IMG/VR virus record: IMGVR_UViG_3300028800_000069 | Span: 18,728 to 82,727 of that record | Length of the DNA: 64,000 nucleotides | DNA from: a virus | Strand: one strand, 5' to 3' | Part shown: one piece after another, positions 53,853 to 64,000 of the stretch | Layout: each line of letters begins with the position of its first letter | How positions within the stretch are numbered: the first letter of the stretch is position 1 | Made by a program: the position numbers and the translations under genes | The notes under the pieces: generated by a model | The model's input: only the letters and a program-made list of their open reading frames with translations | Told to the model about the DNA's origin: nothing | Database searches by the model: none

Positions 53853-55547
53853 CTACGTTTCAAATATACAAACTGGCATTGCACCAAAGTTAGTCTGGGC
53901 TGTAACGGCTGATATGGAAGAGTTCAGCGTACCTGCAACAGTAGGAGTGTACTGGAAGCACCGCTTCACATTTCCAGAACTGTTTAAGGCAACCTCGGTA
54001 GAGGCGTTTAGAGTAATCGCAGCAAATGTAGGAACAGTACTGTTGCTTGCCCAACTGTACCAGTACCACCCCGGCTGAAGTACGACTGCTGGGCTGATAA
54101 CGTTTGTCCGTCCACCTGTTGACTGCCCAGTTGATGTGTTAAAAGTAGAGCTTACTAAAAGAGTTCCGGCCTGTGCTCCGGTACACGAGTAGATACCGTA
54201 TGTGACTTGGGTAGCTCCTGACACTGTGACCACTTCTATGGACATGTGTCCGATAGATATAGGGACGCTAACGTAAAACAGCATGCCAAAAGCTAATGTA
54301 GCACTGGCAGGAGCCGCATTCGTCGTTGTGAACGCTGCAGGAGATGGACCTGCACCTATACCACCTGTGATATATGGCTGTATGCCCCCTGCAAAGTTAG
54401 GATTCAACATGCTGGTGACGTATGCTGTCGTGGCTAACTTCGTGGAGTTGTCTCCAGCCGTTTGCGTAGTAGCTGTAGTGGTGTTAGCAATGGCTCCAGC
54501 TGTGATGTCTCCGTAGGCAGGCTGTGAGGCTGTGAACACTCCCGTAGTAGAGTCATAGCTGCGCAACCAGTTAGAGGCAATTGCTGCTTTAGTCTGGGGC
54601 AACTGAGGAGTTCCTGAGATATCCGCATAGGCAATCTGTGCCCATGCAGGAGCGGCAGACACTGGTCCTGCTGCTCCGGTCTGACTCAGGTACATCTTGG
54701 TAGTAGTTGAGTTTCCAGCTAGGCGAGTGGCTACGCCGGATGCTCCACCGTAGATAGTGTCTCCTAGAGTAGTCATCACTGTAGTTGGGATGTACGCCAA
54801 AGATGGTATATCCGCTGCTACTAAAGAACGGAACGTAGGTGCTGCTGCTGCGCCTGTAGTTGGTCCGGCCAGTACAACGTTGGCTGCTTGTGTAGAGAGT
54901 GCAAACGTAAGTGAAGGTGTGGTCGTAGCGGTTGCTACGCTAGTTGTAAAGAGTGGACTAAGCGCACCTGCGCTAAATGATGTGACTGTTCCGCTTCCAA
55001 ATCCAGAAATGGCTGAAGCAAGTACCACTGCTCCTGTACCCGTGGTACCGTTAGACAGGTCCGAGGCTGCTGGTTGTGATGCAGTGAATGTTCCTGTCGA
55101 TGCGTCATAGTTACGAAGCCAGTTAGAAGCTACAGCCGCCTTGGTCGCAGCTAGTAACATTTGGGCCGATACGTTACCAGAGCCATCGCTCTGCCAAGTT
55201 ACATTCGTCTTGCCTGCAGATGCTGCTGGAGTAGTGTCATTGAAGTTAGGATTTGCAATGGTCGAGCTATTGACCTTTACCGTAGAGGCACTGGCTGTAG
55301 AAAAATACGCCGATATGTTTCCGTTGATGTCGAACTGAAATGACACTAGAGTATTGCCTACAGGGGCTACTGGCAGTGTGCTGCTTAGGTTAGGAGAAGC
55401 TACAAGTGTTCCGTTAACATTGATAGAAGAACCAGCGCCAAACGCTTGGTCTAGAATCTCCATGTTTTCAGCTAATACTTCGTCCATCCCAAACAGGGAC
55501 AAACCTAGGTTGGTAGTGAAACGTTGATTGGGATATGTATTAGCCAT
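53853..55547 (-). CDS. Tail fibre protein
   Basis: S/T/A/G-rich; internal repeat TKAAxASNWLRxYDxxTGxFTASQPA; TQTAGDNSTKLATTAYV and GPTTGAAAAPTFRSLV fibre motifs; GGAG RBS. Confidence 0.8.
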   Translation of the reverse strand: MANTYPNQRFTTNLGLSLFGMDEVLAENMEILDQAFGAGSSINVNGTLVASPNLSSTLPVAPVGNTLVSFQFDINGNISAYFSTASASTVKVNSSTIANPNFNDTTPAASAGKTNVTWQSDGSGNVSAQMLLAATKAAVASNWLRNYDASTGTFTASQPAASDLSNGTTGTGAVVLASAISGFGSGTVTSFSAGALSPLFTTSVATATTTPSLTFALSTQAANVVLAGPTTGAAAAPTFRSLVAADIPSLAYIPTTVMTTLGDTIYGGASGVATRLAGNSTTTKMYLSQTGAAGPVSAAPAWAQIAYADISGTPQLPQTKAAIASNWLRSYDSTTGVFTASQPAYGDITAGAIANTTTATTQTAGDNSTKLATTAYVTSMLNPNFAGGIQPYITGGIGAGPSPAAFTTTNAAPASATLAFGMLFYVSVPISIGHMSIEVVTVSGATQVTYGIYSCTGAQAGTLLVSSTFNTSTGQSTGGRTNVISPAVVLQPGWYWYSWASNSTVPTFAAITLNASTEVALNSSGNVKRCFQYTPTVAGTLNSSISAVTAQTNFGAMPVCIFET

Positions 55548-55573
55548 AGAAACTCCTTCGACATGCCTGTATT

Positions 55574-56224
55574 CTAAAACGTTGAAAGTGCCGCTCTCAT
55601 CCATGTGTTGGTTGCAACACAAACATAGATGAAACTGCTGTCCCACATAACCTGTCCTTGTATTCCAAGTGCAGAGGAACTGGCAGGTGTACCTTGTTGC
55701 ATCATGTCAGAGAGCAGATGACCTGTGCCAATAGGTTTTAGTGTGTTGTCATTGTTGTCTAACTTTACACCGTTTGCTCCACTGCCGTGCGTTATCTGTA
55801 CATCTTGTGAAGAACCTGTACGCAGTATCAAGGGGCCGGACGATGCACTTACTTCTATGCCGTGTATGACCGAGCCGCCTTGTATGTTGTCATTTATTCC
55901 TGATGTTAAAGAAAAGGCGTGTTGTGGATTGGCTGTAAAGCTAGGTGCCAGAAGTAACAGGTTGCCACCTATATTGCTGCCTCCACCTGCGTCTGCTTGC
56001 ATTGACAAGTACCCGTTAGGTGCATCCAGTATTAAAACACTAAAAGGAGACGTTTGGTTGGGTAACAAAGGAAGGTAGAAAGAACTTGGGTTTCCATTTG
56101 TAATGTTCAGTGTAGGCCCTGCTGGTGTAGCTGCTGTGGTCTGTAAAGTTCCGTCTTGAAACTTAATACCAGCGGTCGATGTGTACACCGAGGTTCCGCC
56201 CATGTTGATGTTGTCGGTAGGCAT
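55574..56224 (-). CDS. Tail-associated protein
   Basis: GIKFQDGTLQTTA; C-terminal GTPASSSA.G..GQ..WD...IYVCVATNTW. Confidence 0.7.
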   Translation of the reverse strand: MPTDNINMGGTSVYTSTAGIKFQDGTLQTTAATPAGPTLNITNGNPSSFYLPLLPNQTSPFSVLILDAPNGYLSMQADAGGGSNIGGNLLLLAPSFTANPQHAFSLTSGINDNIQGGSVIHGIEVSASSGPLILRTGSSQDVQITHGSGANGVKLDNNDNTLKPIGTGHLLSDMMQQGTPASSSALGIQGQVMWDSSFIYVCVATNTWMRAALSTF

Positions 56225-56235
56225 TTTTTTTATCC

Positions 56236-56850
56236 TTAAGGCATTTGTACTACACGTGCGTTTATATCATAGTGGAACGCGTTGGCGGTGAAAGCCGTGG
56301 ATACCGTCAACGTCGTACCTGCCTTTACCGATATAGGGTATGTCTCCATTTGTATTTGCTGTACGTCTCCAACCATGTCAAAGGTTATTACATTGTTGTC
56401 AGGTGGATGTGACTGATCGGTCCACGATACAGTGCACACTAGTTTATCTGTCGGTAGTCCATCACCAGCCGTTTCCATAGACACTGATATTTGAAAAAGT
56501 GAATCTGCATCGGCTGTTAGGGACACTGATTGCGGAGTGGATACGTCACTTACTTGCAGTCTGGATTGTATAATGGCTACTACAGACCCCGGAGTGTACC
56601 CTACCAGAAGAGAGTCCAGTATACAAAAGTTGTTAGCCAACGCTGCTGGCATCTCGTCTGTAGTTAATTGCAAGTTTGGTGTTTCTTTAGAAGGGTAATA
56701 CGGAGCAGGAGATGTTGTCACTACTTGCGTATTTCCTATCGAATCTTGAGTGTTCAGATTTGCTGGATTCAAAGCAGGCTGTGGGCCGTTTTGAAATCCT
56801 TCTGATGCGGCTTGAGCTTTAGCTAACTCAGCCGGGGATAGGAATCCCAT
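56236..56850 (-). CDS. Putative structural protein
   Basis: Shares TxNLxL...NxxILD segment with the tail fibre N-terminus. Confidence 0.6.
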   Translation of the reverse strand: MGFLSPAELAKAQAASEGFQNGPQPALNPANLNTQDSIGNTQVVTTSPAPYYPSKETPNLQLTTDEMPAALANNFCILDSLLVGYTPGSVVAIIQSRLQVSDVSTPQSVSLTADADSLFQISVSMETAGDGLPTDKLVCTVSWTDQSHPPDNNVITFDMVGDVQQIQMETYPISVKAGTTLTVSTAFTANAFHYDINARVVQMP

Positions 56851-57010
56851 AATTCCCCCATAGCAGGTTTCACCCTGCATCACACGCTGCTGGCCGTGAC
56901 TTTACTACTTACAGCAGTATAGCGCCAGCATCCATATGCTGGTTCTAAGGATTATCTGTTCTGAGAACGATCTAGTCGTCTCCCCCGCTCTAAGGCGGTG
57001 TATGTATATT

Positions 57011-57472
57011 TTACGATGGTTCTTTTTGCAAAAAGCGTTCAAGAGGATTAGGCATTATTCTCTCAGTGTCTACATTTTCAGTTCCACGCATAATCAGATC
57101 GCGTAGCTCTTTCTTTGCCATTTCCTCGGCGTGCTCTAACTCATTCAAGCGCTTTCGTATTTCTTCCTTCATCTTGATGATGTTGTCTGCCGCCTCTTGC
57201 TTCTTGTTTTCTTCCTGCTCTATTGCTCTTCGGTCTTCGGCTTCTTCTCGTAACTGAGCAGCTTCTGCCTCTAGTCTTTCGGCCTTCCTTTTCTCTGCTT
57301 TGGCATCGGCTGCTTCTCGTGCCGTCTTTGCTTCGGCCTGTCGTAACTCTTCTTCTTGTCTAGCAGAGGCTATATCTTTCATAGCTTGTTCGTGGGCAGC
57401 GCGTCGTTCTTGTTCTCTTTCGTGTGCAACCTGTGCTAGGCGTTCCTGAATGTCTTGTAGTGTAGAATCCAT
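57011..57472 (-). CDS. Coiled-coil protein
   Basis: E/A/R/K-rich; AGGAG RBS. Confidence 0.7.
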   Translation of the reverse strand: MDSTLQDIQERLAQVAHEREQERRAAHEQAMKDIASARQEEELRQAEAKTAREAADAKAEKRKAERLEAEAAQLREEAEDRRAIEQEENKKQEAADNIIKMKEEIRKRLNELEHAEEMAKKELRDLIMRGTENVDTERIMPNPLERFLQKEPS

Positions 57473-57548
57473 GCTGAGTCTCCTGAGTAAAAAAAAATGT
57501 CTACGGAGGCTTTGACTCCGCTTGCTATGAATTTCGCATAGTCTTGCT

Positions 57549-58325
57549 TTACATCAAGATTTTACCGACGATGTAACCAGCGCCTGTTGCTGCGCTGATG
57601 TTCAGTCTGTAGAACCTGAAGTTAGGAATGTTAACACCTGCCTCAGCAAGTGCTCCAGTCCCTGCGGCATTGTCGTCTCCCTGACCAGACTGCCACTCAT
57701 ACGTGTTGCCTGCTGCGCCTGCGGCTGTAATGGTTCCTACCGTAGCATACTCGCTATCCAAGTCCATGTTGGCTCCTTGGATTACGGCAGTGACACCTGT
57801 CAGAGTGCTTGGGAAGGTTGTGCTGTTTGCCAGCAAAGACAACGTTACGCTGATTGATCGACCACTAGCTGGTGCACCGACTGGTGCGGCTACTGGTGCG
57901 GAAGCGCCTGCGTTAGTCGCCAAGTTAGATACGATGGCAGCCGTAAGGTTGTTTGGAACCTCAGGCTGTGCGATTGTGACTTGTCCACCGTCTGGTGTGC
58001 TAGCCTGTGTAGTAGCAGAGACAGTGTACGTAACCGTGCACATCCCAGCATCCGTGCATAGCACTGACAGGATAGTTGCGTTTGTTACGTTGAAGTTCAC
58101 GCTGTTGGCGCATCCCACTACTGTAATCAAGGAGTTCACAGCCGGGACGTTTCCAGACACAATGCGAAACACCAAGGTACCTGTGGTACCTGCTGCACTG
58201 TTGCTCTGGACGTAACCGAACGTTGGACCTGTCTTATCGTTGAAGGAGCCGTATAGGTACTCAGGCGTGCCTAGGATAAGTGCTACAGGGGTGGGTTTAA
58301 AGGGTGTCTTTAGGTAGAAGCTCAT
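57549..58325 (-). CDS. Putative virion structural protein
   Basis: Beta-rich, T/A/G/S/V composition; AAGGA RBS. Confidence 0.7.
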   Translation of the reverse strand: MSFYLKTPFKPTPVALILGTPEYLYGSFNDKTGPTFGYVQSNSAAGTTGTLVFRIVSGNVPAVNSLITVVGCANSVNFNVTNATILSVLCTDAGMCTVTYTVSATTQASTPDGGQVTIAQPEVPNNLTAAIVSNLATNAGASAPVAAPVGAPASGRSISVTLSLLANSTTFPSTLTGVTAVIQGANMDLDSEYATVGTITAAGAAGNTYEWQSGQGDDNAAGTGALAEAGVNIPNFRFYRLNISAATGAGYIVGKILM

Positions 58326-58394
58326 GTTAATTCCTTCCCCGGCTTATTCGCCGGACCTTCAGGTTGTGGGGATGGGTGAGCATCCCCATTGCAG

Positions 58395-61300
58395 TTATCG
58401 GATTTTACCGAGTGGTGCCTTCTTTTTCTTCTCACCAAGTTTTTCTAGAGGAGAGGCTTCAGGTTCGAACTCTTCTGGGTTGAACCTAACCGATTCATCG
58501 CGTAGCTGCGTGAGGTGTCCCCCTCCGGGGTTGTTCCTGTGCTCGAAGGCTGGGTTTTCTCTGAAGAGGTTCCCTTGGATTGACTTTGGTTCTGGGATTG
58601 CCCCTTTACCTCTGGCTTCTTCGATGCGGCTTCTAAGTTGCCCAGTACTGTGAGCAGTAGTTGGCGTACTTCTGCCGGAGACTTTTGGCTTGTTTTCGAT
58701 TGCTCCGAGTTTGCTGTCGAGTTGGTCAAGGTTGACTCCTAGTCCTTTGAGTAGGTCTCTAGTTTCGAGATCATTTTCTAACAGGTCTTTGAAGTCCTCA
58801 GAGTAGTGACGTACAATCTCCGGGTCTTCTACACCTTTCTCCGTAAGCGCTTGTGTGAATGACCAGATTGCGGCTTGCGCTTCTTCTGGTTCCCAACCAA
58901 GTGCTTCGGCTGCTGCACGAGTAGCTACGGACAGTGGGTGGTAGTTCTCTGGGCGAGAAAGCGCAGACTTGTCGATACCGCCGAACAGGCCCATCCAACT
59001 ATCGTTGGTTACGTTCTTCGTACCAGTGGATTCTCCACCTATCCATTTGCGTAAGTTCTCTGCGAAGGACGGTGCCTTGAACGCTGCGTTCTTAGTCAGG
59101 TCCGGCCACATCTGTTCTCCGTTGAGAGCTTTGATGATGTTTGGCACCTTGGCCTCCGGTAGAGTGAGATTCTTCAGTAGAAGATTCTCTGCTTTCCACT
59201 TTGTACCTGTAGGTGCGTAGTCCCAGTGCATTGAGGCACCTTTTTTCATGCCTCGTGCTCTTGGGCTTCCATCATCTTTCCACGCCTTGTCGGCTTCTTC
59301 ACCAAACTCTTTCCATTTGTCTATGGAGAAGTTAGGACGACCTGCGTCGTGCCATGCTTTCCAAAAACCAAGCGTCTCGCGTAGGTTCATTGCCACGGAC
59401 TGTTGCGGAGAACTTCCCGCCAGCACGCCCATGAACTTCTGCTTGTCGCTTTCTTTGAAATAGTCAGGTGCTTCTTCGTGCATTGCGTCGAATGCTGCAG
59501 TGCTACGGCTATACCACTTTCTAGAACCTTCGCCCTGTAGAGCGGCGTCGATGTACTCTTGCACCGTTGGAATGTTCTCCATGTTCTGGATAAATTTTTG
59601 GGTTCCAGCCGTACGGGGTTTTCCCGTAGCGGTAGTAGTGATACTTGCCTTCTCTTCTTCGGTCAAGTGCTTTTGTGCCAAGTCAGGTAGACTAGACTTC
59701 AGGTCTTCTACAGTCATCTTGCCAATCGACATAGGTGCTGCAGCGGCTGCGGAGCCTCCACTTACCGTGGGGTTTCCATTCTCATCGATGGGTGAACCTT
59801 TGTCGTTCAATATAGGAGCAAGACTACGTAAAGAGTTCTCCAAGTTTTCCTTGGAAGACTCTCCGTAAGGTATGACCTTGTATTCGCCTCCCGGCTTGCC
59901 TACTTCAATGAGAACTGCCCCACTTGATAGCTGTGGTGCCATCTTTTGAATGTAAGCTAACTGCTTGGCGTTTACTCCTGACTCTGGAATAGAGATTGAA
60001 ACCTCTCGGCCTCCCTTTCCTCCAGAGCGTGGTCGTACACGAATGTTTCCCTCGGCTACGAACTGCTCACGTGGCGGGTTCTTGTCGGTAGCTTTACCGC
60101 CCAGCATGATGTCGTGGTCTGTCCCCGTGTTAGCCACTCCTCTTCCATCCTTAAGAATGAAAGTGGTGTGTGCAGGGTCTCCACTAGACTCGCCATACTT
60201 CTTGATCAGAGCGTCACCTGTGGGTAACTTCTTTTCAGGTGCTCCGCCACTTACCGTTGGGTTCTTAGACTCTCCGGGGTACACTTCCATACCATTATCA
60301 TCGGCCCACCCATGCACAGCATTTTTTACCTGTTCATAGGTTCCTGTTTTGCTAAACACGGTTTTGAACCGTTGTTTAGGGTCACTAATTTCTAGTGTGG
60401 TTTCAGGTCTACCCAAAGCATCAGCCACTCTAAGCGCTTTAGCAATGGTTCCTGCTGGTGCCCCTGCATGAATGTCTATGCCAGCTTCTTCCGGTCCTGT
60501 AGTGAAGGCTCTGATGCCACCTGCCTCTTGGAATTTGTGGTAGTCTCCAGTAGGGTCATAATCAGAAAAGTCACCACTCTCGTCTTGGTACTTAGACAAT
60601 TCTTTGTCTGTATGGTTGTCCAGTATCTGGTTGAACAAGGAAGAGTGCGTGTAATCTTCGGCAGAAGGATCATAATCGTCGTAGGAGTGTACATTTCCCT
60701 CCGGTGTTACAATTATAGTTCCTTTGTCATTTATACTCTTCAGTTTTTCTCTAGCAGAAGGTTGTAACTCATGGGTGAAACCCTCTGGAGGTGCATTGTG
60801 TTCCTTTGTAGCTGTGCCTTCTTCTGGTTTGTACAGAGTTTGACTTCCAGCAGGTTGCTTTTTCTGTCCTTGGAAGCTATTGGGGTCACTAGCGTATGCC
60901 TCTGCTGCTTGCTTTGCTTCGGCTCTAGTTTCGTAATTCCCAAGATGCTCCTCATAGGAGAAAGTAGCTGCTGTGCCTTTGCGGTTAGCTGTGTCCCCTA
61001 TTGCCCTAAAACCTTCTGGAGACTTAACAACAAACCTCATAGCCCTAGCGTTCGGCTCTGCGGTAACCTCTGGGACAATCTCACCAAACTTATTGACACG
61101 ACCAGTTGTAGGCTTGTCACTTTTTTCACCTGTGCCACCAGTTTGTATTTCACCTTCACCGCCTAGGTGATAGATGCTCTTCTGGTTTGCGGCTTTGCCT
61201 GCTGCTATGGCTTCGTCGCGGTCGGTGTATAGCTTGGTAACATCGAGAACTGCTTTGCCAGTGTCTGGGTCTTTCCAAGTACCGACCGCGTGTCCTTCCT

Positions 61301-64000
61301 TGGACAACACATCGGCATTCTTCTTCTTGAACTCATCCAGACGTTCTGGTGTTAGCTTGTCAACTTGCTCTGTGCGATCAGGGTATGATCCCACGGAGTA
61401 CTTGTCGGTTCCATTTAGGTTTTTACCTTTGGAACTGAATGTTGATCCACCGCTCTTCTCGTGCTCTGCCAATTGTGTGTGTGTGTCTTTCAACTCTTGA
61501 GCACGCTTGGCAACATCAGAGATAGAAGCTTTGTCCCCTAGCTCCTTCTTTGCGTTTGCAAAGTGCTCAGTGTCCTTATCTGCAGCTTCCTTGGTTCCAA
61601 CGGTGTCAGGTGCTCCACCTGCTACTTTGGGATTGCCGAACTCATCCACAGGTCCACGGAGGCGTGGGAACATCTTGGCCGCTCGCTCTGCTCTACCTTT
61701 GGCTGAAGTGTCCGCTCCTTGAAACAGACCTTGCTTCTCGGTGGCTTCCGCTGCGCGTCCTAAGTTGATCTTCTCATCCTCTCCCATTTGCTCTGTGATG
61801 TCCTTGGCAAGCTGATCACGCTCAACACGGTGACGACGCTCGTCACGTGCTTTGAAATCGTACTCGTCAGGGTTCAAGCCGTGAGCCTTCGCTAATGTAC
61901 GAAGGTTCTCATCGCTCAGTTCATTTACCTTTTGCTCCACTGCTGGGTGGTATTGAGCCGCACTCTTTGCCGGTTCTCGTCCTTCTTCTCCTGCAGGTAC
62001 TACTTCTTCTTTCTTGGCGGCATAGCCAGTTGGCTCTTCTTTGGGAAGTGCCTTGGTCTCTGCACGGGTAGGCTCAGGGTTAGCTTGGCGTGACTGCTCT
62101 CCAACGTCCCCGGCTGCACCTTTTGCTTCTGGTGCGACTAGTTCGTTGCGACGTGCAATGACGGCATCCTTGGTAGCGTCAGTGCCTAGTTCTTTGCGTG
62201 CCTGCTCTGTAGCTTTGGCATACGCATCTGTATCAATACTTTTTTCCCCGCCTGTTCCGAACACAGACTCTTGGAAGGTTTTCTCATTGATGCCTTTTAG
62301 AACTCTACGCTCACCTTGACGGCGTTCCTCTTCTACTGGAACTTCCTCATGGCGTCGTTCGCCTGTACGTTTCTCCGCTGGGGCTTCAGGTGCTTTCTCT
62401 TCTGCCTTTGGTGCCTCGGGCTTCAGCGCCTCTTGTAGAAGTTTGTGTACGCGACCTTCAACCGTATCCTGAGTATCAACAACTTTTCCTTCCTTGGCCT
62501 TCAAGGCTCTGAGATCGGCTGCTGTTGCTACTTCAGGTTTAGGAGCCTCTACGGGCTTCTCTTCCGGCAGTTTGATCTTAGGAATTCCCTGCTTCTCTTC
62601 CGTAGCGGCTACTATATCAGCCAGTGCGGTTGAGCCAGTGGGAGGATTCTTCCCGGCTGATAGCAGCTTAGGAGTTCCCATGGTTCCCTGATCATTGGCT
62701 AATGCAATGCGACCGTACGAAGGCCGAGGTGCCTCGGTAGGCTCCTGCGGAATTGTAGTGGAAGCATGTGCTGGGCTAACGGATGGCTGTGGTGCTCCTA
62801 ACTTAGCTAACGGCGATGGAGAAGCTTCGATCTTCTCAGCAGGAACCTCTGCGACTGGCTCAGGTGCTGGCGTAGGTAGAACCTTGCCAACTGCTTTGCC
62901 AACTGCCGTGCCCACTCTCTGTGGGATCGTGGGTTGCGCTGCTTTCAACCGTGCTTCTCGCTCTGCGGCTAACTCGTGATGCGCTGACGCTTCGTCGTGC
63001 TCTGCTACAGCTTTATCGTACGCAGCCTTTACAGGTTTAGGTGCCTCAATGCCCTGCTCATGCGAGGCAACGTGTTGATCATACTTTGCCTTTGCTGTGT
63101 CCAGCTTGGATTTGGCTACCTCTCGATCCTTAGCTAGTGCTGCTGTGTTAGCTTCCGCCTGCTTTATTTCTGGAGTCTTGTTTAGGTCTGAGACCTTAGC
63201 GTTGACTCGCTCTTTGATTCCTTCCTTAAGTTTACCTGTACCTTTTTCAAATGCATACAGAGACGCAATCTGGGCCAGCGCTCCTCCGATATCTCCTTTT
63301 TCAGCTTGATCGGCAATAGACATGGCCAAGGGGCCTATGGCTGGTACATATTCTCCTAACGTGCCATGTAGGAACGAAGAAAGAGCATGCCCAACTGCTT
63401 CTGCTCCGTGTGTTTTCTTGTACTCTTCAAGTTCCGACACTGCAGCATCGTGCTCTGCTTGGCTGGGTGCCGTTATGTATTTAGCTACTAAAGTGTTGGC
63501 TTTTGGATCGGCCCACTTTGCTTCTAAAGGAGGATTTACAGCGTTTAAAAGCTGTTGCTTTGATGTGTCGGGTTTGTCTGGTATGAGTATAGGTGTCTTG
63601 GTGTTTACCAAGTCATTATACAGTCCTTTTCCAAACTGATAAATACCGTGGGCCATCTCTCCAGCTTTGTACCCTACGTGCTCTGGGGTAATACCTAGCT
63701 GTGCTGCTTCGGGAGATGCAGTGGTAGTCTGTCCTTTTGATGTTGCGGATTCTTCATCACCCATTACTCCGTGATAAAGTCCACGCACCCCTCGGGCTGC
63801 TTTCACCGCCAGTTGCTGCTCAGGAGGCAGTCCTCCGTTTTCATCAGCAGCCGTAAGCATATCTTTAGGTGCCGCAGGAGGTGCCACGGCTCCCTTCGGT
63901 GCTGCAGCAGGCTTTGATTGCTTCGCTGCTTTGAAGTCAAAGTCTGCTGGGAGTGTGTCAGGGGCACCAGCAACAGCGGCTGGCTGTGCGACTGGCTGTG
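58395..64000 (-). CDS. Very large modular (polyvalent or internal virion-type) protein, 5' end outside window
   Basis: >1830 aa, frame open to the window edge; modules separated by NP(K/T)V(A/S)GG linkers; C-terminal WY...SPQ..N...K..SF..N...VTND.WM...QAAIW domain. Confidence 0.8.
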   Translation of the reverse strand, partial: QPVAQPAAVAGAPDTLPADFDFKAAKQSKPAAAPKGAVAPPAAPKDMLTAADENGGLPPEQQLAVKAARGVRGLYHGVMGDEESATSKGQTTTASPEAAQLGITPEHVGYKAGEMAHGIYQFGKGLYNDLVNTKTPILIPDKPDTSKQQLLNAVNPPLEAKWADPKANTLVAKYITAPSQAEHDAAVSELEEYKKTHGAEAVGHALSSFLHGTLGEYVPAIGPLAMSIADQAEKGDIGGALAQIASLYAFEKGTGKLKEGIKERVNAKVSDLNKTPEIKQAEANTAALAKDREVAKSKLDTAKAKYDQHVASHEQGIEAPKPVKAAYDKAVAEHDEASAHHELAAEREARLKAAQPTIPQRVGTAVGKAVGKVLPTPAPEPVAEVPAEKIEASPSPLAKLGAPQPSVSPAHASTTIPQEPTEAPRPSYGRIALANDQGTMGTPKLLSAGKNPPTGSTALADIVAATEEKQGIPKIKLPEEKPVEAPKPEVATAADLRALKAKEGKVVDTQDTVEGRVHKLLQEALKPEAPKAEEKAPEAPAEKRTGERRHEEVPVEEERRQGERRVLKGINEKTFQESVFGTGGEKSIDTDAYAKATEQARKELGTDATKDAVIARRNELVAPEAKGAAGDVGEQSRQANPEPTRAETKALPKEEPTGYAAKKEEVVPAGEEGREPAKSAAQYHPAVEQKVNELSDENLRTLAKAHGLNPDEYDFKARDERRHRVERDQLAKDITEQMGEDEKINLGRAAEATEKQGLFQGADTSAKGRAERAAKMFPRLRGPVDEFGNPKVAGGAPDTVGTKEAADKDTEHFANAKKELGDKASISDVAKRAQELKDTHTQLAEHEKSGGSTFSSKGKNLNGTDKYSVGSYPDRTEQVDKLTPERLDEFKKKNADVLSKEGHAVGTWKDPDTGKAVLDVTKLYTDRDEAIAAGKAANQKSIYHLGGEGEIQTGGTGEKSDKPTTGRVNKFGEIVPEVTAEPNARAMRFVVKSPEGFRAIGDTANRKGTAATFSYEEHLGNYETRAEAKQAAEAYASDPNSFQGQKKQPAGSQTLYKPEEGTATKEHNAPPEGFTHELQPSAREKLKSINDKGTIIVTPEGNVHSYDDYDPSAEDYTHSSLFNQILDNHTDKELSKYQDESGDFSDYDPTGDYHKFQEAGGIRAFTTGPEEAGIDIHAGAPAGTIAKALRVADALGRPETTLEISDPKQRFKTVFSKTGTYEQVKNAVHGWADDNGMEVYPGESKNPTVSGGAPEKKLPTGDALIKKYGESSGDPAHTTFILKDGRGVANTGTDHDIMLGGKATDKNPPREQFVAEGNIRVRPRSGGKGGREVSISIPESGVNAKQLAYIQKMAPQLSSGAVLIEVGKPGGEYKVIPYGESSKENLENSLRSLAPILNDKGSPIDENGNPTVSGGSAAAAAPMSIGKMTVEDLKSSLPDLAQKHLTEEEKASITTTATGKPRTAGTQKFIQNMENIPTVQEYIDAALQGEGSRKWYSRSTAAFDAMHEEAPDYFKESDKQKFMGVLAGSSPQQSVAMNLRETLGFWKAWHDAGRPNFSIDKWKEFGEEADKAWKDDGSPRARGMKKGASMHWDYAPTGTKWKAENLLLKNLTLPEAKVPNIIKALNGEQMWPDLTKNAAFKAPSFAENLRKWIGGESTGTKNVTNDSWMGLFGGIDKSALSRPENYHPLSVATRAAAEALGWEPEEAQAAIWSFTQALTEKGVEDPEIVRHYSEDFKDLLENDLETRDLLKGLGVNLDQLDSKLGAIENKPKVSGRSTPTTAHSTGQLRSRIEEARGKGAIPEPKSIQGNLFRENPAFEHRNNPGGGHLTQLRDESVRFNPEEFEPEASPLEKLGEKKKKAPLGKIR

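Noticed and set aside
53853-63887. Long + strand ORFs opposite structural genes
   Set aside because: Antisense shadows of low-complexity - strand genes, without RBS or motifs.
1-64000. Stop-codon reassignment, DGR or retron
   Set aside because: Core genes are intact in the standard code, tRNA-Trp has a normal CCA anticodon, and no reverse transcriptase or TR/VR pair was seen.

Overview
Fragment of a large dsDNA bacteriophage genome with high coding density in the standard bacterial code. No integrase, terminase or major capsid gene was recognised in the window. The + strand carries the end of a replication block (family A DNA polymerase, MazG-like protein, RNase H, terminator at ~4.8 kb). 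A ~2.2 kb non-coding region with phased repeats and a candidate long structured RNA follows. After it come a dense run of small early-type genes separated by long-stem RNA elements, then replication, recombination, nucleotide and RNA-repair genes (DNA ligase, RtcB, deaminase, ParB-like, exonuclease, SF2 helicase, primase-helicase, RNA ligase, RuvC, RecA, HD and HAD phosphatases, a single-module Clp ATPase, an Acb2/Tad1-like protein) up to a bidirectional terminator at 48.85 kb. The - strand carries a >1830 aa modular virion-type protein, tail/structural genes, a T5 A1-like nuclease with a dNMP kinase, lysis-type membrane proteins and two atypical tRNAs. Most notable: (1) a circularly permuted two-piece tmRNA with a long structured intervening segment and a tag ending in -AAAGR; (2) an array of tiny genes delimited by 29-bp 11-7-11 inverted-repeat sites that supply stop codons and abut RBSs, resembling a gene-cassette array; (3) a family of long-stem-closed intergenic RNAs, one with a perfect tRNA T-arm. 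Protein family calls come from motif recognition and recall, not database searches. A diderm host, possibly Acidobacteriota, is an inference.
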